Assembly (NCBI GenBank): GCA_039698055.1
Contig: JBDKTL010000048.1
Location: forward strand, 32,001 to 96,000
Direction of reading: 5' to 3'
DNA length: 64,000 nt
From: Methanoregula sp.
GTDB lineage: Archaea; Halobacteriota; Methanomicrobia; Methanomicrobiales; Methanospirillaceae
The number at the start of each line of letters is the position of its first letter. The stretch's first letter is position 1. Under the pieces are notes generated by a model. The model was not told the DNA's origin. It made no database searches and saw only the letters and a program-made list of their open reading frames with translations. Of this stretch, positions 53,934 to 64,000 are shown piece by piece. Position numbers and translations under genes: made by a program.

Positions 53934-54575
53934 ATGGCACATATACATCTCGAAGATGGTTCATTTACCCTGTTCTGGGTTCTTGCCTGGTGGATTATCG
54001 CACTGGTGCTTATCGGCATTATCCTTTTCTGGCTTCGTTTGGTTAAAAAAACGGATAACCGGATGATCACGATTGCGGCATTTTGTACTGCTGCATCATT
54101 TGCAATTTTCCAGGTAAGCATCCCCATCGCCGGGGGCGTGCACATGAACCTGACGCCGTTGATCGGCATCCTGACCGGGCCGTTTGTCGGTGGCCTGATT
54201 ATTTTTATCGTCAATATTTTGTCTGCTGCCATCGGTCACGGCGGCTGGGGCATGATCGGCGCAAACACGCTGGTCAATGCAACGGAAGTGGTGGCCGCAT
54301 ATCTCATCTACCGGGGATTGAAATCGGCGGGTGTCGGCACGTTCTCCCGGACTGGTATTGCCACGATCGCCGCGCTGTTCATCGGGAACCTCGTGATGAT
54401 GGGAATTATCATCTTGTCCGGTATCCAGGGTTCGAGCCTGACAGCCGATCAGACGTTGGGGGGATTGTCCCTTCTTGTTGCCGTGAACATGGCAGTCGCT
54501 GTTGTCGAAGCCGTGGTGACCGCATTCATCGTCACCTATATTGAACGGCGCCGGCCCGATATGCTGGGGGCGTAG
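53934..54575 (+). CDS. Ni/Co ECF S component (CbiM/NikM)
   Basis: MAHIHLEDG N-terminus, GGVHMNL, GHGG...GAN. Confidence 0.85.
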   Translation: MAHIHLEDGSFTLFWVLAWWIIALVLIGIILFWLRLVKKTDNRMITIAAFCTAASFAIFQVSIPIAGGVHMNLTPLIGILTGPFVGGLIIFIVNILSAAIGHGGWGMIGANTLVNATEVVAAYLIYRGLKSAGVGTFSRTGIATIAALFIGNLVMMGIIILSGIQGSSLTADQTLGGLSLLVAVNMAVAVVEAVVTAFIVTYIERRRPDMLGA

Positions 54576-54577
54576 TC

Positions 54578-54853
54578 ATGGCAATCGAAAAAGAGACCGG
54601 GGGCAAAATCCTGTTTGCCGCACTTATCGTCATTTTCCTGGCATGCGCCATTCTTGCCTATACACAAACCGGGCCCATGGACATCGAGGGCCGGTTCATG
54701 CATGCGGTCGGGCTTGAAGATGCGGGTTCGTCACCCGGTGAAGACGCAGGGGAGCCCGGGTTCTCCCTTGAAGGAAACCCGGTCGCGTACATCATTATTT
54801 TCCTCATCCTCATTGCCGTATGCTGGATTGCGTACCGGCGTTTCAGGCCATGA
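54578..54853 (+). CDS. Small 2-TM ECF accessory protein (CbiN/NikN-like position)
   Basis: Two TMs flanking an acidic loop; directly after the S component. Confidence 0.6.
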   Translation: MAIEKETGGKILFAALIVIFLACAILAYTQTGPMDIEGRFMHAVGLEDAGSSPGEDAGEPGFSLEGNPVAYIIIFLILIAVCWIAYRRFRP

Positions 54854-54868
54854 CACAGGTTTTTCTGG

Positions 54869-56020
54869 TTAATAAAAAAAGGACCTGATGCCGGCTGCGA
54901 GCAGCGGCGAAAGCCATCGCAGGAGTGCAGGTTTTTTCAGCAGCATGCCGACAAGTTTTCCCGGCCGGTCCATATCGCCGTACTGCACGATCGCATCAAG
55001 AATATCCTTGTTGCCAAATGCCTTTATCATCCCGTCAATGTCTTCTGATGTGAGGTCCTGGCGCATGCGAAACAGCCTGAACCCGAGCGAGAGTTCCCGT
55101 CCGATATCCGCCTGCCAGCGTTCCTCGTAGCCTGACAGCAGGGCATCGTCATACCGGTCCAGCTCGCAGGCCAGCACCGCAATATCTGCCGCGTGCCGGG
55201 CGGAGCGGATGCCGGTATAGACACCGCCGCCGGACGTGGGTTTGGGAAAACCTGCTGCGTCGCCGACAAAGAGCGTGCGCCGGCCATAGGTCACCGGCAT
55301 CACGCCAATCGGCAGCGTCCCGGTGACAACGTGAACGGACGAATCCCCACCCATCCGGTGCACAAACTCCCTGAACCGTTCCTGCACCTGTTCTTTTCCG
55401 CACAGGCCGACACGCACTCTTCCCTCACCGGTTGGGATCGTCCAGCCAAAAAAATCCGGGGAAGCGTCCGGGTAAATTTCCACAAACCGGGGATCGCGAT
55501 CCAGCACCATATCGGCCTGGATACCGGAAAGAAACACCGGTGCCCGCTGCATCCCGTAGCACCGTGCGATCGTGCTCCGTGGGCCGTCAGCCGCAACCAG
55601 GATCTTAAACCCGTGCTGCTGGTGGCCGTATGCCCCCCGGGTGAGCACCTGCCCGTCGCGGATGCCATACACGGACGTTTTCACCAGGTACTGGGCACCG
55701 GCACCGGCCGCCGCCTCCGCCATCTCCCGGTCAAGCATGCCCCGGTCGACAACCGACGCTTTTTTCTTTTTGGCATCAAGGAGAATTGAACTGCCCCAGC
55801 CGGAGAATACCCGGGCGCCCTGGACAGTATTTTGCACACACCGATCGGACACCCCGCATTCGGCAAGCGCCGCATTGGAGAGGAGCCCGGCGCACTGCAC
55901 CGGGTAGCCGATGGTGCCGTGCTCTTCGATACAGAGCGTGGATAAACCCTTGCGTGCGCACGCGTGTGCCGCTGCGCTTCCGGCAGGTCCGGCGCCGACA
56001 ACGATCACATCATAGGTCAT
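54869..56020 (-). CDS. Geranylgeranyl reductase family FAD oxidoreductase
   Basis: GAGPAG, PVQCAG, ADG, GDAAG.PKP..GGG. Confidence 0.88.
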   Translation of the reverse strand: MTYDVIVVGAGPAGSAAAHACARKGLSTLCIEEHGTIGYPVQCAGLLSNAALAECGVSDRCVQNTVQGARVFSGWGSSILLDAKKKKASVVDRGMLDREMAEAAAGAGAQYLVKTSVYGIRDGQVLTRGAYGHQQHGFKILVAADGPRSTIARCYGMQRAPVFLSGIQADMVLDRDPRFVEIYPDASPDFFGWTIPTGEGRVRVGLCGKEQVQERFREFVHRMGGDSSVHVVTGTLPIGVMPVTYGRRTLFVGDAAGFPKPTSGGGVYTGIRSARHAADIAVLACELDRYDDALLSGYEERWQADIGRELSLGFRLFRMRQDLTSEDIDGMIKAFGNKDILDAIVQYGDMDRPGKLVGMLLKKPALLRWLSPLLAAGIRSFFY

Positions 56021-56062
56021 TGCCGTGTGCGCTCCATGGGGGTAAAAAAGATTTTTTTTAGG

Positions 56063-56638
56063 TTATGGTTCTTTTCTGTTGAACAACTTGCAGGTATTTA
56101 CTTTGATGATCGGCAGTTCCGGGGCTTTTTGATCGGGGTCGCTGATTGACCAGCCCATCAGGATGGATAAAACACCAAAGACTAATGCAAAGATGCCGAT
56201 GACCAGGAGAATCGGGTTGCCGGTCATTGCAGGCACGTACCGGAACATGAAAATCAGGAACAGGATACCGACAACAAACGTCCCGCCGATCAGGAAATAT
56301 TTTGTTTTTGGCTTAGCAAGCGCAAGCGAGATCCCGGAATAACCGGAATAAAACGCAAGCGCCGCGACCGCCAGGAGAAAGAGAATCGCGACAACCCAGG
56401 TGAAGATAAATGACACCACGCCCATGACAAGAAATCCTGTGGCAAAAATAAACCAGAACAGTGACTCCTCCCCGGGCGATGTGATGGCAAGGAAAATACA
56501 CACCAGAACTCCTGCCGCCACGAGCACCCAGAACACGGCAAGGAAGGTCGTGAGCGTGAGATCGGGAACCAGTATTGCCACGCTGCCAAAAACCACCCCG
56601 ATTAACCCCTTGATGAGGCATGACAACTTCGCATCCAT
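56063..56638 (-). CDS. HdeD/DUF308-like membrane protein
   Basis: KGLIGVVFG..AIL.P, six TMs. Confidence 0.65.
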   Translation of the reverse strand: MDAKLSCLIKGLIGVVFGSVAILVPDLTLTTFLAVFWVLVAAGVLVCIFLAITSPGEESLFWFIFATGFLVMGVVSFIFTWVVAILFLLAVAALAFYSGYSGISLALAKPKTKYFLIGGTFVVGILFLIFMFRYVPAMTGNPILLVIGIFALVFGVLSILMGWSISDPDQKAPELPIIKVNTCKLFNRKEP

Positions 56639-56910
56639 AAAAATACCTCTTTTGTCCTTCTGGATAATAGTTTCGTATGCTGTACTGATGAGGTTTACGG
56701 GTGATGCCTGTCACCGGCACGGGACGATCTTTTTATCTTTCGGAAAAAAACCTCGTTTATCAATAAAAATGCACTTTTTAAAACCGGATGCATGCATCGG
56801 GAACATTTTACCGGTTCTGCAAGTGAGTGCATGTGCCTTTGAGTCCGGGTTAAAAAAATTATAAAAAAAATAATCGGGGAGAAGAAAGGCACACCCCGGC
56901 TTGCAGGGTA

Positions 56911-57138
56911 TTACTCGTTACGCCCGAACCCGAAAAATTCGATCCCCAGCAATTTTTCTATCGCATAGAGCACGGCAAAGAAAATTGCCGCATACAGGAT
57001 GAAATTTACGAGGAACCTTACCGTTCCGGTCATCCCCGCCATGCCGACAATCAGGTTTGCCAGTGCATCGGCAATGATGATTGCACAGAGAATGCCGGCA
57101 AAGAAGATCAGCCATTTCTTGACAACTGCAAAATCCAT
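56911..57138 (-). CDS. Small 2-TM membrane protein
   Basis: Two hydrophobic segments, clean ORF. Confidence 0.6.
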   Translation of the reverse strand: MDFAVVKKWLIFFAGILCAIIIADALANLIVGMAGMTGTVRFLVNFILYAAIFFAVLYAIEKLLGIEFFGFGRNE

Positions 57139-57315
57139 ACTATCACTACGCTGCGTGACTATAAAAAATCATAAAATCACGGCATAAGAAACTGCATGTT
57201 TTACCCCATCGTTACCGGCATGTCATCGGGTCCTTGCATCAGAAAAAAATGATAACCCCATAATTTGTTCTTTTACTCACAAAAAAACCGGATCGAAAAA
57301 AGGTGGCAAAAAAAA

Positions 57316-59379
57316 TTACAGCAGACCCGGTGCTTTTACCCGGAACTTCTGCCAGAGCACACGGCCCATCACACGGTAGGTGAAATCGAGCTCGTCGAAA
57401 CTGGGGATGCTGTGCTCTTTTAACATCTCGCGGCCGACATTCATCGAGTCGCCGCCAAGGAGTGTCGCGATCAACCGGTTCTCTGTTCGCTCCGAGAAGT
57501 GGAGGATACGCTTTGCGAGCTGTTCTGAAGTGAGCACGAGGTTGGGGAAGCCGATAATAAACGCCATATCCCAGATATCCGGGTGTTTTGCGAGGACCTC
57601 AAAGGTCTTCTCAAACCGTTTCTCCGTTGCATCGCCAAGCAGATCAATCGGGTTGCCCTTGTTCCAGAACTCAGGGAGGAACTCATTAAGCTCGTCGACC
57701 ACCTCTGCCGGTAAATCAACCAGCTCGATACCGTACCGCTCAGCGTAATCCGATGACAGCACGGCAAACCCGCCGGCGTTGGTGATAACAACTGCCCGTT
57801 TCCCTCTCGGGTATCGTTTCGGGTGGGCAAGCATCTGCGCTGCAAGGAAAGCACCGGTAAGAGTGTGGACGGCGATGACCCCGGATTTGCGGAATGCTTC
57901 CATGTACACATCATACGAACCGGAGAGTGACCCCGTGTGCGAAGCGGATGCTGCCTGGCCCCGGCGGGATGACCCGGACTTAATCGCGATCACCGGTTTT
58001 GTCTTTGCCACGTCCGCGACGACTTCCATGAACGTTTTGCCATCGGTGATCTGCTCGATGTACATGATGATCGCTTTTGTCTTGGGATCTTTTTCGACAT
58101 AGCGGAGATAATCGAGGAAATCAAGATCCGACTGGTTACCGACCGAGATGACGTTGGAGAAACCAATGTTCTTTGCCAGGCTCCAGTCCACGACGGTGTT
58201 GATAATGGCCCCACTCTGGGAGATAAAAGCAATGTTGCCGGGTTTTGGCGACTGGTGAACATAGGTCGTATCGATCCCCCGCGGAGGAACGATGATCCCC
58301 AGGCAGTTTGGCCCGATAATCCGGGTGCCGTGGCCCTTTGCGATTGCAACGACCCGTTCTTCGAGCGCTTTTCCCTGTTCGCCCATCTCCTTGAACCCGG
58401 CCGTAATGATAATGACCATCGGGACACCCTTGGCACCGCACTCTTCAACCACGGACGGGACCTGGATCGCGGGCACGGTAATTACCGCAAGATCGACCGG
58501 GGCCTGGATCTCGGTAATCGTGTGGTATGCCTTGAGCCCCTGGATTTCCGAGCGCTTGTTGTTGACCGGGTAGAGCTGGCCGGGGAAATGCAGGAGGTTG
58601 TGCATGACCGCATACCCCATCTTCGTGGAGTCCTGCGATGCTCCGATGACGGCGATCGAACGGGGGGTGAAATATTCCATCGGTACCGGGATGCGCACTT
58701 TCTTTTCAACGTTTACCACTGAATCTGAAACAATAACACGGGCATCTACAGCGCATGCACCTGATTCATACAGCCTGAGGGGATTGATATCGAACTCCAC
58801 GATCTGGTCATTCTCTTCAAAGAACCGGCAGACATTTTTGATAATCTGGACAAGGGTCTCCTCATCCCGGGGCTTGGAACCGCGGTAACCGGCTATAAGG
58901 GGATACGCGTTGATCTCGTGGATCATCTGGCGGATCTCCTCGTCAGTCACCGGCAGGATGCGCAGCGTCACATCTTTCATGAGCTCGACCATCGTGCCGC
59001 CCATACCAAAGGTGATGACCTTGCCAAACGCCGGATCGGTCCTGCCCCCGATAATGAGTTCGAGGCCCGGCTCTGCCTGCTGCTCGACGATCACACCGTC
59101 AATATCGGCCTCGGGGTTGTACGCTTTTGCGCTGTCGATAATTTTTGTAAATGCGCCAAGTGCGGCTTTCCTGCTGCCGATACCAACAATCACACCGCCC
59201 GCGTCGCTCTTGTGGACAATCTGCGGCGACATGATCTTCATCACCACGGGGCAGCCCATTTTCTCCGCTGCAAGTGCCGCATCCTCGCCGTTCTTCACGA
59301 TACGGTATTCCGGGACAGGGATGTCGTACTTCCGTAAAATGTCATATCCTTCCGCTTCAGAGAGCATATTCTGGGTCAT
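57316..59379 (-). CDS. ADP-forming acetate-CoA ligase (beta-alpha fusion)
   Basis: N-terminal ATP-grasp HKSDAGGV, DINP; CoA-binding SIAVIGAS, GPNCLG, SQSGA, SHTGSL, NAGG, NPIDL. Confidence 0.92.
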   Translation of the reverse strand: MTQNMLSEAEGYDILRKYDIPVPEYRIVKNGEDAALAAEKMGCPVVMKIMSPQIVHKSDAGGVIVGIGSRKAALGAFTKIIDSAKAYNPEADIDGVIVEQQAEPGLELIIGGRTDPAFGKVITFGMGGTMVELMKDVTLRILPVTDEEIRQMIHEINAYPLIAGYRGSKPRDEETLVQIIKNVCRFFEENDQIVEFDINPLRLYESGACAVDARVIVSDSVVNVEKKVRIPVPMEYFTPRSIAVIGASQDSTKMGYAVMHNLLHFPGQLYPVNNKRSEIQGLKAYHTITEIQAPVDLAVITVPAIQVPSVVEECGAKGVPMVIIITAGFKEMGEQGKALEERVVAIAKGHGTRIIGPNCLGIIVPPRGIDTTYVHQSPKPGNIAFISQSGAIINTVVDWSLAKNIGFSNVISVGNQSDLDFLDYLRYVEKDPKTKAIIMYIEQITDGKTFMEVVADVAKTKPVIAIKSGSSRRGQAASASHTGSLSGSYDVYMEAFRKSGVIAVHTLTGAFLAAQMLAHPKRYPRGKRAVVITNAGGFAVLSSDYAERYGIELVDLPAEVVDELNEFLPEFWNKGNPIDLLGDATEKRFEKTFEVLAKHPDIWDMAFIIGFPNLVLTSEQLAKRILHFSERTENRLIATLLGGDSMNVGREMLKEHSIPSFDELDFTYRVMGRVLWQKFRVKAPGLL

Positions 59380-59724
59380 GAATTCACCTCGGTTTCGTAT
59401 CAGGCAATTCCCTGATTCATTTTTTTGTTAAGAGAAAATGCACACCGGCATTTTTTTTTTTTGAAAAAAAACATGGCCGGGTATCATGCTGAATACAGGT
59501 CCACGTTTTTTTGTCTGCAGAAAAAACTGGCCGCAAAAATGCGGAACCATTCTGCCCGTTCACAGATTTGATCAGAGTTTGGCGAGACACAATTTAAATT
59601 TGCTGAATTGTATGCATTGCCCGCCGTAAGTGAAAATAACGCGAAAACGACCGATTTTATGCAATCCAACCACAAGAATTAATTAGAATTCATCATTATT
59701 GATAATGTAGAATTGAGGTACTTT

Positions 59725-61620
59725 ATGGAAGAGAGCGCACAATCCCAACCGGAGCCAAAGTACTATACCCCCAACCCGTCCTACCGGGAGAAAAGCTGGA
59801 TGGGGGATTACAGCTGGACGTATAATGAATTTTTAAAAGATCCTGAACAGTTCTGGGACCGGATCGCAAAAAAACTCCACTGGTTTTCCGAGTGGGACAA
59901 GGTAAAGGAATGGAATTATCCGCACGCAAAATGGTTTCTCAACGGCAAGACCAACATCACCTACAACTGCCTTGACCGGCACGTGCTCGGGGAGCGCCGC
60001 AACAAGGTTGCCCTGATATGGAAAGGCGAGAGCGCCGATGAAGAGCGTGTCTTCACCTACCGGCAGTTATACCGGGAAGTCATGCGGTTTGCAAACGGTT
60101 TAAAAAAACTCGGCGTCGTCAAAGGCGACCGGGTCTGTATCTATATGCCGGTCATTCCCGAACAGGTTATCGCGATGCTCGCGTGCGCACGCATCGGAGC
60201 GGTACACAGTGTTGTGTTCGGGGGATACGGTGCCGCAGCACTCAACCAGCGGATTGTCGGCGCCGGGGCAAAAATTGTCATCACTGCCGATATGGCAATC
60301 CGCCGGGGCAAATCAATTCCGCTCAAGCACGTAATCGAGGAAGCGATCATCGGTGCACCCACCGTTGAACACCTTATCATCCTGCGAAGGGAGCTCCGGA
60401 CACCGGTCGAGATCCACAGCGAGATGGAGATTGACTTTTATGAGGTCATGACCGATGTGGAACCGGACTGCCCGGCTGAAGTAATGGATTCAGAAGACCC
60501 GATGTTCATACTCTATACGAGCGGCACTACGGGAGCGCCAAAAGGAATTGTCCATACCTGCGGCGGTTACATGGTGGGGGCGTATTACACAACCCGGTAT
60601 ATCTTTGACGTCAAGGAAAGCGACGTGTACTGGTGTACCGCTGACCCGGGCTGGATCACCGGGCATTCTTACGTGGTCTACGGGCCGCTGTCGGTAGGCG
60701 CGACGATCCTGATCGCTGAAGGTACGCCGGATTACCCGGACGCCGGCATCTGGTGGAAGATGGTCGAAGAGTACGGGGTCAGCATCCTGTACACTGCGCC
60801 GACCGCAATAAGGATGTTTATGAAGATGGGCCGGGAATGGCCGGACAAATACAACCTCTCATCGCTGCGCATCCTTGGATCGGTCGGGGAACCGCTCAAC
60901 CCGGAGGCGTTTGAATGGTTCTACCATGTGATTGGCAGGGCAAAGTGCCCCATTGTGGATACATGGTGGCAGACCGAGACCGGCATGCACATGATCACCA
61001 CCGTTCTTGGCGAACCGATGCGCCCGGGTTTTGCCGGGAAATCCATCCCCGGCGTGGTTGCTGACGTTGTCGATAAAGAGGGTAAGAGCGTCCCCCCCGG
61101 CACGAGCGGTTTTCTGGTCATTAAGGAACCCTGGCCTGCGATGATGCGGACGGTCTATAACAACGAGGAGCGGTACCTCAAGTACTGGGAGACGATTCCC
61201 GGGTGTTACACGGTAGGCGACCTTGCCATAAAAGGTGAGGACGGTTATATTATGGTCATCGGCAGGTCAGACGACCTGATCATCGTCTCCGGGCATAACA
61301 TCGGGACTGCGGAAGTGGAAAGCGCCCTTGTATCCCACAAGGCAGTGGCGGAAGCCGCAGTCATCGGCAAGCCCGATCCCCTTAAGGGAAATACCATCAA
61401 GGCATTTGTGACACTCAGGAACACGCATACCCCCAGCGACCGGCTCAAGAATGAACTCTTCTATCACGTGAGGATCACGCTTGGGCCCATTGCGATGCCG
61501 TCCGAGATCGAGTTTGTCGATTCGCTGCCAAAAACCCGGAGCGGCAAAATCGTCCGGCGTGTTCTGAAAGCAAAAGAGATGGGCCTTGACCCGGGCGATA
61601 TCTCCACACTGGATGAGTGA
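59725..61620 (+). CDS. acs: AMP-forming acetyl-CoA synthetase
   Basis: [43 protein letters not shown]. Confidence 0.95.
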   Translation: MEESAQSQPEPKYYTPNPSYREKSWMGDYSWTYNEFLKDPEQFWDRIAKKLHWFSEWDKVKEWNYPHAKWFLNGKTNITYNCLDRHVLGERRNKVALIWKGESADEERVFTYRQLYREVMRFANGLKKLGVVKGDRVCIYMPVIPEQVIAMLACARIGAVHSVVFGGYGAAALNQRIVGAGAKIVITADMAIRRGKSIPLKHVIEEAIIGAPTVEHLIILRRELRTPVEIHSEMEIDFYEVMTDVEPDCPAEVMDSEDPMFILYTSGTTGAPKGIVHTCGGYMVGAYYTTRYIFDVKESDVYWCTADPGWITGHSYVVYGPLSVGATILIAEGTPDYPDAGIWWKMVEEYGVSILYTAPTAIRMFMKMGREWPDKYNLSSLRILGSVGEPLNPEAFEWFYHVIGRAKCPIVDTWWQTETGMHMITTVLGEPMRPGFAGKSIPGVVADVVDKEGKSVPPGTSGFLVIKEPWPAMMRTVYNNEERYLKYWETIPGCYTVGDLAIKGEDGYIMVIGRSDDLIIVSGHNIGTAEVESALVSHKAVAEAAVIGKPDPLKGNTIKAFVTLRNTHTPSDRLKNELFYHVRITLGPIAMPSEIEFVDSLPKTRSGKIVRRVLKAKEMGLDPGDISTLDE

Positions 61621-61674
61621 TACCCCCGGTCACCCACCCAACTATTTAAATACTGTTTTGTGGCATTTATAAAT

Positions 61675-62238
61675 ATGAAGGTCAGACCAGAGGACTCTTT
61701 AAAGATTGAAAATATTGTCGCTTCTGCCAAGGTGACCGATTATCTGGATCTACCTGCAATTGCAGAAAAAATCCCCGGTGCAGAATACAACAAAAAGCGG
61801 TTCCCCGGCGTTGTACTCCGCATGCAGGACCCAAAAATCGCCGCACTGGTATTTGGTTCCGGCAAGGTCGTATTGACCGGTGCAAAGAGCATCGACAGCC
61901 TGTCCAAGGGACTCAATATCCTCGGGAACAAACTGCGGGCGCTCGATATCGCTATCCCGAAAAAATTAACCTACAAGATCCAGAACATTGTCACGTCCGC
62001 GGACCTGGCGACGCCGATCAACCTGAATAAAATTGCTGTCGGTTTCAACCTTGACCGGATTGAATACGAACCGGAACAATTCCCGGGCCTCGTCTACCGG
62101 CTCGAAACCCCAAAAGTGGTCGTGCTCCTCTTTGGTTCCGGCAAGCTGATCATTACCGGTGGAAAAGAACCCGAAGATGCAAAAAAGGCGGTCATCAAGA
62201 TCCTATCCGATCTCCGTGGTCTCGGACTGATGACGTAA
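61675..62238 (+). CDS. tbp: TATA-box binding protein
   Basis: Two repeats: IENIVAS..FPG..FGSGK..TG and IQNIV..YEPEQFPGLVYR..FGSGK. Confidence 0.97.
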   Translation: MKVRPEDSLKIENIVASAKVTDYLDLPAIAEKIPGAEYNKKRFPGVVLRMQDPKIAALVFGSGKVVLTGAKSIDSLSKGLNILGNKLRALDIAIPKKLTYKIQNIVTSADLATPINLNKIAVGFNLDRIEYEPEQFPGLVYRLETPKVVVLLFGSGKLIITGGKEPEDAKKAVIKILSDLRGLGLMT

Positions 62239-62432
62239 ATTTTCTGCCGGGTCCCATGATACCTGTAACCATACATCGCTTTTTTATGATGGCCGTACAC
62301 GTGGATAGACGGAAAAATCCATTATAATATATAATTTGTTGTCCTATTGCCGACCAATACCATTGCATATATATCAATGATTAGATATTAGCTACCATAA
62401 ACAGAAATCAGGAATATTTTGGATGTGATAGT

Positions 62433-62807
62433 ATGAGAACTGAAAATGTAATGTATTTCACCGATAAGGAGGAAGAGTTTGCAAATCTTCTTATCGAGAT
62501 CGGAACCAAGCGCAATGTGGCTAAAGTCCTTGTATTTCTCGCAAACACTCCTGAGGCAACGTCACGGGCAATCGAGCGGGGCACGGATCTCCGCCAGCCT
62601 GAGGTCAGCATAGCGATGCGCTACTTAATGGAGCAGGGCTGGATCTCGAGCCGCGAGAGCAAGGCCGAGAGCAAAGGCCGCCCGGTCAAGATCTATGAAC
62701 TTTCAAAGCCCATCACGGAAATAATGGACAGCATTGAAAAAGAGAAGAAGAACGAGGCGAACAACCAGCTCGCCATGATACAGAAATTACGGGATTACAT
62801 CCGGTGA
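62433..62807 (+). CDS. Winged-HTH transcriptional regulator (TrmB/ArsR-like, methanogen type)
   Basis: SRAIERGTDLRQPEVSIAM, KGRPVKIYEL. Confidence 0.85.
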   Translation: MRTENVMYFTDKEEEFANLLIEIGTKRNVAKVLVFLANTPEATSRAIERGTDLRQPEVSIAMRYLMEQGWISSRESKAESKGRPVKIYELSKPITEIMDSIEKEKKNEANNQLAMIQKLRDYIR

Positions 62808-63500
62808 TGTAATCACCCGGCACTTTTTTTCATCCCCGACAATGACCATGGTTTTGTCGGTAAAACCGGTAAACAGCCCGCTTTCCACAATTCCCGGGAT
62901 CATCGCGATCGACGCTTCAAGAGCACGGGGATCGGCGATCCGGTCAAACCGGCAGTCAACGATGATATTTCCATTGTCCGAGATTACCGGCCCGTCTTTT
63001 TTTACGGCTTCCCTTACCAAAGGAACGCCGCCCAGTCCCCGCAGCTGCGCCATCACGGGCCTTAAGGAGAACGGGAGAACCTCGAGGGGCACCGGCCCGC
63101 TCAGCTGCGGGACCTTCTTTGCCTTATCCACGACCACGATAAACCGGAAGGCAGCAGCCGCAACGCATTTTTCCCGGGTATGGGCGGCACCGCGTCCTTT
63201 GATCAGGAACAAATTCAAATCAACCTGATCCGCACCATCGATTGCCAGATCGAGCACGGGATTGTCGTCAAGTGTCGTTAAGGGAATGCCATATTCCCGC
63301 GCACGCATTGCGGTCTGGTAAGATGTTGGGACGCCGGCGATTTTCATGCCGTCCCGGACTTTTTTTGAGAGCCGGTCGATCATATAAAAGACCGTAGAGC
63401 CCGTGCCAAGGCCAATGACCATCCCATCCTCAACCAGTTCCGCGGCATAATGGCCTGCCGCCTGCTTTTCTGCGACGATTGCCTGTGAATTGTCAACCAT
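62787..63500 (-). CDS. rpiA: Ribose-5-phosphate isomerase A
   Basis: GLGTGST, DGAD, IKGRGAAH.REK, SDNGN..D. Confidence 0.95.
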   Translation of the reverse strand: MVDNSQAIVAEKQAAGHYAAELVEDGMVIGLGTGSTVFYMIDRLSKKVRDGMKIAGVPTSYQTAMRAREYGIPLTTLDDNPVLDLAIDGADQVDLNLFLIKGRGAAHTREKCVAAAAFRFIVVVDKAKKVPQLSGPVPLEVLPFSLRPVMAQLRGLGGVPLVREAVKKDGPVISDNGNIIVDCRFDRIADPRALEASIAMIPGIVESGLFTGFTDKTMVIVGDEKKCRVITSPDVIP

Positions 63501-63567
63501 TAAAGTGTACGATATCAATGCTGGAATAATTAAAACTGGTGACGGGATTTGATTGAAAAAGAAACAT

Positions 63568-63783
63568 GGGGCATCAGATTGATGGGGGCTGATGCCCCCA
63601 TACCCCCAATTGCGATAAGCCCCGCCGCCCCTGAAGGGGCGCCCCCGCGGCAGTTTTAAATCGGTGTATGGTATATCCGATCAAAAACATCCATTTTTGT
63701 AAAAATGAAAAAAAAAACGTTTTGCCCAGCGAGGGGTCGACGAGACCCCTCAAGCGACCCCGAAGGGGTGGGAAGAATCGCAA
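63568..63783. repeat. Multi-hairpin non-coding element (REP/MITE-like or structured RNA)
   Basis: GGGGCATCAG/CTGATGCCCC, GCCCCtgaaGGGGC, GAGGGGTC/GACCCCTC, ACCCCgaaGGGGT, enclosed by TTGCGAT(63610)/ATCGCAA(63777). Confidence 0.55.
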
Positions 63784-64000
63784 AATAAATTAATAGTCAA
63801 CTTCTGACGTCATTTGATGAAGAAATACTCATATCATTATTTCTTCACTAAAATTTACGAGTGCCGCACGTTTTTGTAACTGTTTATCGGTTACATATGC
63901 GCTGCAACAAAACTCCACAAAAAAAATTTCACCGGCAGAATATCTGTTTTGCTTCTTCTTCTGCTGCATGAGCGGTGCAATCCAGCGTAATCGGGGTGAT

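Overview
Archaeal DNA, most likely from a Methanomicrobiales methanogen (Methanoregula-like). This is inferred from TBP, archaeal class III pilins, a PGF-CTERM sorting signal, a geranylgeranyl reductase and ADP-forming acetate-CoA ligase. The window is dominated by metal and tetrapyrrole homeostasis: the 3' part of cobN, NikR, three DtxR-family regulators (two with matching palindromic operators), two Feo systems, a btuCDF-cbiZ corrinoid salvage operon, two Cbi/Nik ECF transporters, a CDF exporter, a P1B ATPase, and katG translationally coupled to a complete ahbD-A-B-C heme synthesis set. It also holds a type IV pilus locus, divergent acd/acs, tbp and rpiA. The most unusual parts are: (i) a coupled PHP phosphoesterase / N-terminally truncated TnpB-like RuvC nuclease with intact catalytic triad / Zn-finger trio at 49.6-51.4 kb, with no IS context; (ii) an accessory region at 37.5-41 kb with a small-gene cassette (a decayed paralog lies at 23.2 kb), a type IIG R-M remnant, a 288-bp-period tandem repeat and a degenerate PD-(D/E)XK-like gene; (iii) an AP-endonuclease-2-fold gene inside the corrinoid salvage operon; (iv) a multi-hairpin non-coding element at 63.6 kb. 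No rRNA, tRNA or CRISPR array was seen. All calls come from motif recognition by eye; no searches were run.
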